64,000 nucleotides of DNA, from assembly GCA_020348445.1 (NCBI GenBank), contig CP070751.1:692421-756420 (forward strand). The letters are read 5' to 3'. Under the pieces are notes generated by a model. That model was not told where the DNA came from. It did no database searches and saw only the letters and a list, made by a program, of their open reading frames with translations. The DNA comes from Thermoplasmata archaeon (lineage in GTDB: Archaea; Thermoplasmatota; Thermoplasmata; GCA-020350865). Positions 58,401 to 64,000 of the stretch are shown here, piece after piece. The translations under genes were made by a program, and so were the position numbers. Numbering within the stretch: position 1 is the stretch's first letter; each line of letters begins with the position of its first letter.

Positions 58401-59217
58401 AAAATCTGCTGAGGAATCCATTTACATTGAGCAGCTTGATTGCCACCTCAATTGGAACGAGGATGAGTTTGAATATGAGAATCTATTTCTTACGGCTGCT
58501 ATAGAAGCGGCAGAAGAAAGGCATGTGGATGTGAGGATTCTGTTGTCATCAAAGTACGCTTTTTCCGATGATACAGACCTTGATAATTACGATACATATG
58601 ACTATATCAACAAGTATGCACAAAACCATAACATTACTGATTACCTTGAAGCCAGGCTCGTTGATTACGATACACTGGGTCTTTCGAAAGTTCACAACAA
58701 GGGCATGATAGTGGATGGTAAATACACCTTGATCTCAAGCATCAACTGGAACAGGAATTCTGTAACACAGAACCGCGAGGTAGGGGTGATCATCGAAAGC
58801 GATGAGGTAGCTGATTACTTTACCCAGATTTTCCTTTGGGACTGGAACGAGCCACCTTTGGCTAAAATCGAAGTCAACACGACCGCAAGGGCATCCGAGG
58901 TTGTGCAATTCAGGGATTTATCCTTTGATTCAGATGATAATATCATCAGTTATTTCTGGGTTTTTGGGGATGGAACCAATTCCACAGAACCAAATCCTAC
59001 CCACATCTACAAGAAAGAAGGTGTATATGATGTGGTCTTAATAGTGTCCGATGGTCAATATTCTGACAGCTACACCATAACTGTTGTTGTCGGCAAGGCC
59101 GAAGAAGATGATACAGGTGTGAACGCAATCATATATATAGTTCTTTTAATTATCTTTATTATAATAATTGCAATCATAATAGTTTTCATAAGGAGAATGA
59201 GAGAGCTGTTTATCTAA
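55408..59217 (+). CDS. Membrane-anchored extracellular phospholipase D-superfamily enzyme with four lamin-tail domains and a PKD domain
   Basis: LTD starts VVINEIMHDP, VVINEFLPDP, IKINEFLPTP and IIIIELFYRS; two HKD motifs HAKYAIID and HNKGMIVD with SSENW/SSINW; PKD YFWVFGDG..HIYKKEGVY; C-terminal TM. Confidence 0.9.
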   Translation: MKFIKIRAVFLILSLIFSIFIFIPMKVMKADGGSIDVVINEIMHDPLGIEVDEEYIELYNNGSTTVNLENWTLTDQDGPGYDFTFPNIDFPPMTYMILHTGEGLNDTDFSDGVAHFYLWKTSGIWGPYEDDVLLKNDTGIGIDYVAYGDEGLVDPPPADLTWSGSNPSAVEGDSISLHPNGYDSDSGLSWERSDPTPGRTNAHLYDDPPEIMEVRHTPLNPTTSEGVTIITNVSDDYYLETVTLMYNVDGSGYTSLPMIFESMNYSVQLPAQTEGTIVEYYILAIDDAQQNSTTQVHSFAHSDLPISVVINEFLPDPESDWNCDGYFDSDDEWIELYNPGDLVVNIGGWKIDDALGSVGSSDPFTIPQGISIGPREFLVFYGNDTGILLNNNGDNVTLLNETDTIIDVHTYYTSKDDTTCGRFPDGTDEIKGFLLPTPGYQNQYTVDSLQNVSYIKINEFLPTPKTVFSNEWIELYNAGTTPVRLDGLWLDDILDSGTKPWQIPLSTTIQPQHVILFNRSFGLNNAGDTVNLLYVDGTTVIDSYCYDTSEYDISFGRSSDGEESWISFSHPTPNQLNTPFEEPSFQERSIIIIELFYRSTEEEFLCLFNPSETHVNIGGWRISDGQGSYSGTIIFPEGTIMDSKDHIYVASSAVIFYNIMNFYPDFEYGNSSDAVPEMIKREIPSFSVSKDEALLLDVFGNLIDIVVYGDSEYKDIGWTGSPINDAKKGEILKRNYDEINKDYLDTNSSLDWEHIRHYKPGQTDFEYETFTYNGKMTLFSSPDSSYDTVVCEIEGAQNTIYISLYQFTNWNISEKIIEKLNANVDVKILMEGGPADGIAQEQKYILSKIVENGGDVRFMVTNSTLGARYRYVHAKYAIIDDKKVIISSENWKYTGLPVDNTYGNRGWGVVIENTDVAGYFTDVFLADWSSVGYDILPFTPDDPTYGNPSSNFELDDWIEYGYYDPIFTNVTLEGEFTVSPVISPDTSLLENEAILGAIKSAEESIYIEQLDCHLNWNEDEFEYENLFLTAAIEAAEERHVDVRILLSSKYAFSDDTDLDNYDTYDYINKYAQNHNITDYLEARLVDYDTLGLSKVHNKGMIVDGKYTLISSINWNRNSVTQNREVGVIIESDEVADYFTQIFLWDWNEPPLAKIEVNTTARASEVVQFRDLSFDSDDNIISYFWVFGDGTNSTEPNPTHIYKKEGVYDVVLIVSDGQYSDSYTITVVVGKAEEDDTGVNAIIYIVLLIIFIIIIAIIIVFIRRMRELFI

Positions 59218-59654
59218 GGGGATTGGTTTTGGTGTGCATCTTGGGGCTCTTATTCAGCGGCTATAGCTTACAACTCTTTAAATTCCCTGGATAAATCAAA
59301 TCAGTAAATCTAAAACTTCTTAGGCTATTTGAAAATGCTTTTGCCCTGTATCTATCCCTCCACGATTTGAATTTATGTTCCAGTCTATCATTTTTCAATA
59401 GTTTTTCTACCATCGTAAACAACTTGTATAAAAAGCTTTTGTGAAAATTTACACAGTAAGTTTATATACAACTCTAAATAGTAGAATCTGAGGGTGAGGT
59501 GTAAAATATTACAAGCAATGATAACGAGATAACTTTGGAGGCAACATCTAAATATTAGGTTCGATCCGACCATTAAATTTCGTAATATTTTTTATCTCTA
59601 ATTATCCCTATAGAAATAGTCAGAATGTTGCGATATTTGCGAGGATTGACAGAA

Positions 59655-60140
59655 ATGCAAAGGCACAACAGCCTTATTTCAGCAGATATGAGGATTCTCC
59701 TCCATCTGTTGAACTGTCATGGTTCTATCAGTCAATTTGATGTATCAATTGATATAACAGAGATCGGCATTGTTCAAAAGGTAGGACTAAGTTATGGCTA
59801 CGCGTCTAGGCTTCTTAAAGGGCTGGTACACAATGGTTATATTCAAGAAGGTATCGGACACATAAAGGGTGGTCGAAGAAAACATAAATTTTATACTCTC
59901 ACAAATAAAGGAAAAAAATATGCGAGAAAAATAAAAAATGATTTATCAAAGTTGGTGATTACAGTGATACTATCAAATGAATCATCAAAAATAATGAAGC
60001 TCGATAACATAATACCTTATTTAGGTAAAAAGAAAATTTACCAAGGAGTTACAGAGATGGATATCTATACACTCTTAACAAAGGATGGTGTAATTAATAT
60101 TGAATCTCTGAAACAGATCAAGAAAAAATCAGGTCGTTGA
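59655..60140 (+). CDS. Winged-helix DNA-binding domain protein
   Basis: DMRILLHL..ITEIGIVQKVGLSYGYASRLLKGLVHNGYI..HIKGGRRKHKFYTLTNKG; ATG 59655 (GAGGA upstream) or 59625. Confidence 0.75.
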   Translation: MQRHNSLISADMRILLHLLNCHGSISQFDVSIDITEIGIVQKVGLSYGYASRLLKGLVHNGYIQEGIGHIKGGRRKHKFYTLTNKGKKYARKIKNDLSKLVITVILSNESSKIMKLDNIIPYLGKKKIYQGVTEMDIYTLLTKDGVINIESLKQIKKKSGR

Positions 60141-60173
60141 TTTTTCTACCATGGTACAGAGGGTCATAGATTT

Positions 60174-62807
60174 TCATAGAGGTACAATCCAGGTTTTATC
60201 AACCTTGGAGTGAATATAGTATCCTCTTCCAATCTCGAAATAATCAGATGGTCCCATCTTCTCCCATCTTTGGGATATGGAATTGAAGGTCCAAATCGCA
60301 TCGACATCAGATGGGAAGTCGATGTTGTTCAAGGCTGAGGTTCTGTCCCTATTGTTCAGTGAGGGGTAACCAACCATGTTCCAGCCTGGGTGTAAAGCAA
60401 TGTTTTGATTCTCGGTCAGTCTGGTTCCATTATAGAAGAAAATCGTGTCTCCTGGTTGAGTGATGTGAATCCAAATACCCATCTTCTCGTTTAGCTCGAA
60501 TAAATCGTTTCCATAGGGCTTACCTACTTTGTAATGCTTCCATTGGTCTTTTTTATCGGTGATATCATACCATTGGACAGCATCATATAAGCCATCGATA
60601 GAGGAGAGCACTTTGGTGAGGTTTTTTTCTTGCTGAATTATGGGTAAAGAAATAAGGTTCCAGCCCTGCTTTAAAATCATATAGTTCTTGTTGGGCTCGA
60701 TAAGGGGGTAATTATCCTTGGAATCCGAATCGATGACATAGGGATTCTTACCACCGCCTCCAATTGTCCCGTTATCAACGATACCGTCACTTCCCAATAT
60801 ATCCTGACCTTCTCCCTTATACTCATCATACGCCCCTTCGCTTGATTCATCGAAATCTGACCAGTAATTCCCTCCTGATGGATAGCCATCGTCCCATCGG
60901 TTTGCATTATTCGCGCCATCGTAAGCTTGATTTGTATTGTGTATGATGTTGTTGTGGTAAATACTGTTATTTGTTGAATCGTTTAAGTAGATACCAAAGT
61001 TGCTGTTTGAAAAAACGGTATTACCTATAATGCCATTCCAGTCGGAAGAAGAGAGTAAGCGGATACCATCCTCATTATTCAAAGAAACATTGTTACCTGT
61101 TATAGCATTGTTCAATGCTGAAGAAAGCCTGATGCCGTGAGTGTTGTTCGAAATGTTGTTGCCTGATATTATATTGCCATCCGATGATGAGACGTTTATA
61201 CCTTCTAAATTGTCGGAGATATCATTACCTGTTATTTTATTATTGGAGGAATACTCAAGAAGGATGCCATCATAAATGTTCGATGATATTATGTTGCCTG
61301 TTATTATGTTGTTGTCTGAAAATTGGAAAAGATACAATCCATGCTTATTATTCGTAACATTGTTGTCATGGATGGTGTGGCTCTCAGAATGATCGAGCAT
61401 GATGCCGGATTCTTCGTTCGAGTATAATTTATTGCCATAGAGATGATTCCCATGGGAATATTCGAATAAAATGCCGTAATCGGAATTCGAAAAGATAATA
61501 TTGTCTCTGATGATGTGTTGGGCACCGTAGACATGAATGCCGTCACGTCCGCTGTGCGAAATATTGTTACCTACGACGGTGGTCCCATTTGCTACAATCA
61601 TATAGATACCAAATATAGCATTCCAGTGAAGGTGATTGTTTCTAACGGTGTTTTTGAGGGAAAAGCTAGTAAGCGAAATACCATGAAAGCACCAATCACA
61701 TGTGTTATTTTCGAGTGTATTATTAGATGAATATGACAATCGGATGCCAATAGCACTGGTAGAAACGTTATTACCTATGATATGGTTCCCATCGGAATTT
61801 TCGAGATGGATGCCATCCCCCCCAATGGGTGAAGATATGAAATTTTCTGTGATGTTATTTCCATGGGAATTGATAAGACGGATGCTATCGGCACCATTAT
61901 TCGTAAATGTATTATTTGTTATATTGTTACCATTAGAATAGTGGAGATAGAGGGCATAGCTTGGATTACTATCGATAAAATTGCTTATGATATTATTCCC
62001 ACTAGAATAATATAGTTCTATACCATACAAATACTTGCATGAAAACACACTATTTGTAATAATGTTATTATTCGAAGAAAAACCCGATAAAATACCAACA
62101 GTAACAGTATTGATTATTTGTGCCTCTACAATGACGTTTGTGCAATTGGCAAGAATAACTTGTCCGGCATCAGATGGGACTATACCTTCTATTTGGTTCT
62201 TCCAATAATGAATCGGTTTATCATTGACAGTATTTGAAATGTCGATATTGTGCGTATTCCAGTGTTCAAGGGAATCACCCTCAATATAGATTCCGTTATC
62301 CGACATAATATTGTTCAGAACAGTTATACCACTGGATTTCCAGATATAAATACCGATCTTACTGGTAGAAAATTTATTGTCAGCAATAGTATTATTATCA
62401 GAATCTATAATTAATCCATCAACATTAGGATCGTCACCTGTTATTGTAAACCCAGTTATATTCACCCAATTAGCATTTACATAAACTGCCTCTCCAGCTC
62501 CACCGCCTTTTATTATAGTAAATTCCTTGTTTTCCCCGGTCAGATTTACTGTTTTATTCACCAAAACATTTTCATAATATGTACCACTGTAGACATAGAC
62601 CGTGTCCCCCCCTTTTGCTGCGTTTATAGCATCCTGTATTGTAGGATAATCATTAGGAACATAAATTGTTGCACCACTGGAGGTTGGTATCAGATTTTCA
62701 TCAGGAACAATAAACATCGTAATTGAAATGATAAAAAGCACGCTAACTATGACAGACGAGCGTTTTAGCAAAATAACTTTGTGCCTCCTCTTAAGGTTGC
62801 TATTCAT
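60174..62807 (-). CDS. Secreted right-handed parallel beta-helix (NosD/PbH1) protein with tandem C-terminal GWN domains
   Basis: Signal peptide; IYVPNDYPTIQDAINAA; many xxNxxGIxLxxSxxNxIxxN repeats; GGNYWSD; C-terminal LKQGWNLISLP and LHPGWNMVGYP units; no TM anchor. Confidence 0.9.
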   Translation of the reverse strand: MNSNLKRRHKVILLKRSSVIVSVLFIISITMFIVPDENLIPTSSGATIYVPNDYPTIQDAINAAKGGDTVYVYSGTYYENVLVNKTVNLTGENKEFTIIKGGGAGEAVYVNANWVNITGFTITGDDPNVDGLIIDSDNNTIADNKFSTSKIGIYIWKSSGITVLNNIMSDNGIYIEGDSLEHWNTHNIDISNTVNDKPIHYWKNQIEGIVPSDAGQVILANCTNVIVEAQIINTVTVGILSGFSSNNNIITNSVFSCKYLYGIELYYSSGNNIISNFIDSNPSYALYLHYSNGNNITNNTFTNNGADSIRLINSHGNNITENFISSPIGGDGIHLENSDGNHIIGNNVSTSAIGIRLSYSSNNTLENNTCDWCFHGISLTSFSLKNTVRNNHLHWNAIFGIYMIVANGTTVVGNNISHSGRDGIHVYGAQHIIRDNIIFSNSDYGILFEYSHGNHLYGNKLYSNEESGIMLDHSESHTIHDNNVTNNKHGLYLFQFSDNNIITGNIISSNIYDGILLEYSSNNKITGNDISDNLEGINVSSSDGNIISGNNISNNTHGIRLSSALNNAITGNNVSLNNEDGIRLLSSSDWNGIIGNTVFSNSNFGIYLNDSTNNSIYHNNIIHNTNQAYDGANNANRWDDGYPSGGNYWSDFDESSEGAYDEYKGEGQDILGSDGIVDNGTIGGGGKNPYVIDSDSKDNYPLIEPNKNYMILKQGWNLISLPIIQQEKNLTKVLSSIDGLYDAVQWYDITDKKDQWKHYKVGKPYGNDLFELNEKMGIWIHITQPGDTIFFYNGTRLTENQNIALHPGWNMVGYPSLNNRDRTSALNNIDFPSDVDAIWTFNSISQRWEKMGPSDYFEIGRGYYIHSKVDKTWIVPL

Positions 62808-62978
62808 TTGTATACACCTCTTCCATTATTTTGCACAATATTTATTGGTATATATAATTGATATGACTATGAAGGATTATAAAGATTCTGGGCTTAAAAA
62901 ATAAATGAGAAGATGCCAAGAAGAATGCCATATTCCCAGCATCTACATGTTTGGTTCGATAGGATATTTACTCTGGTT

Positions 62979-63482
62979 TTAAGGTGTGTAATAACCCACT
63001 GCATCTATTTCTGGTCCATAGATTGTATCGGTGGCGTCTGTTTCACCATCTTCACCGTTTATATTTACGTATCGCTATACTGTCGTAGGGCCAGATGTTC
63101 CTGTTGTAAAGTTGTTGTCAACTGTATCCTTATTATCGGTCCACTCGTCATAATAGGAAAAATCGTTAAGAAAAACACGCACTGTGTACTCTTCCTCTTT
63201 CCCCCAACCATTGGTCCCGAATACTGTAAATAATTGGCTGTCAGGTATCCCAGAAAATCCCATATCGAGCCAAAGGTCTCCGAGTGCTGGATCGGGTTCA
63301 TTTGTCCCGACAGTAGCATAAACACTGTCTGGGGCACCAAGTGCTTCTTCTGGATTCTCACAGTCTCCTGCAGAATATACAGAACCTGCATAGAACCAAG
63401 CTGCGACAGCTGAACCGCTCGATAGAATCGTTGCGATTAGTAATGTTACAAGTATTGTTCCGAATGTTTTCACTTTTCTCAT
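62979..63482 (-). pseudogene. Secreted beta-sandwich protein gene interrupted by an in-frame TAG at 63077-63075 (135 aa to TAG, 167 aa if read through)
   Basis: Signal peptide with AXA site and strong SD GGGAGGAGGTGA. The frame continues after TAG as RYVNINGEDGETDATDTIYGPEIDAVGYYTP to TAA at 62981-62979. Confidence 0.6.
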
Positions 63483-64000
63483 CCTTTATCACCTCCTCCC
63501 TTTCAGGATTTATATTTATACCTCACCCCACCTCGGCGCCTATCATCTCACAGCCCAAAAATATCAAGGACCAGTTCTAGAAAGTTTCAACTGGAATATC
63601 GTTTTATTGTCCTTCCTCTCCCACCTTTTATCACCTCCCCTTACTACAGCAACCTCATCTCCTCAATGATCATATATCAATAAAGAAATGCTCGTCCTTC
63701 TATAAATACCCCTTTAGTTAATAAACTAAAAAGGTATATATATTAGAAAAACAACCAGTTGATAGAAAGGTTTATATATGCAAGGTTTTCGTAAAAACAA
63801 AGATACTATCCAGACTCCATCATCATTAAAACTGATTAAGTATAGGACATATTACACAAAATCCAAAACAGTTTCTTGTCTCATGAAATATTTTTATTGT
63901 TCCTGTTTCTCGATAATCTTTACCTCTCGAAAATATTCTTTATTTAGTATGTTGTGCCCCCAATCCTCTCTCAAGTAAAATTTTTCGGGTCAGATAGTCG

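Noticed and set aside
59558-59567. GGTTCGATCC, a tRNA T-loop-like sequence
   Set aside because: The flanks do not form a T-stem or acceptor stem; no cloverleaf.
63075-63077. Genome-wide amber (TAG) reassignment
   Set aside because: TAG terminates clearly complete conserved genes in this window (pdxS, eif6, leuS), and no pyl genes are visible here.
62913-63391. Alternative-frame ORFs 63065..63391 (-) and 62913..63233 (+)
   Set aside because: They overlap the signal-peptide gene that has a strong SD; no motifs, and they are best explained as shadows.
63778-63978. 66-aa + strand ORF behind a GAAAGG-TTTATATA promoter-like element
   Set aside because: No SD or motif and the ATG overlaps the TATA element; the promoter more likely serves a gene beyond the window.
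1-64000. Mobile elements, prophage/integrase, rRNA or tRNA genes
   Set aside because: No transposase, integrase, terminal inverted repeats, phage structural genes or structured RNA genes were recognised by eye; a covariance-model scan was not possible.

Overview
Archaeal genomic DNA, most consistent with a Thermoplasmata-like lineage. This is inferred from archaeal ribosomal genes, eIF6, archaeal-type LeuRS/TyrRS, GGAGGTGA-type Shine-Dalgarno sites, DUF835, a PGF-CTERM signal and Rab-like GTPases; no database search was run. About half of the window encodes very large, modular, sequon-rich cell-surface proteins: a 3418-aa double beta-propeller/17-repeat protein, a ~1220-aa glycine-rich/TSP3/coiled-coil protein, a 995-aa DUF835 receptor-like protein, a ~2580-aa beta-helix/LTD/papain-like/11-repeat/FN3 protein, a 1269-aa LTD-phospholipase D protein and two beta-helix proteins. 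Between them lie housekeeping genes (pdxS, rps19e-PDCD5-rpl39e-rpl31e-eif6, tmk, mutS, tyrS, leuS). The most striking locus (42.4-59.2 kb) has two Rab-like small GTPases flanking a TPR gene, followed on one strand by an ABC-2 system whose ATPase has an extra domain and then the giant protease-like surface protein. Three membrane proteins share an acidic cytoplasmic tail ending in a Cys4 zinc ribbon. Reading the DNA directly also revealed three small genes missing from the ORF track (rpl39e and two Cys-rich microproteins), a probable ATA start codon, an in-frame amber stop inside a secreted domain, a histidine kinase with a degenerate ATP lid, and a rifampicin-phosphotransferase-like dikinase. 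No rRNA, tRNA, CRISPR array or mobile element was recognised.
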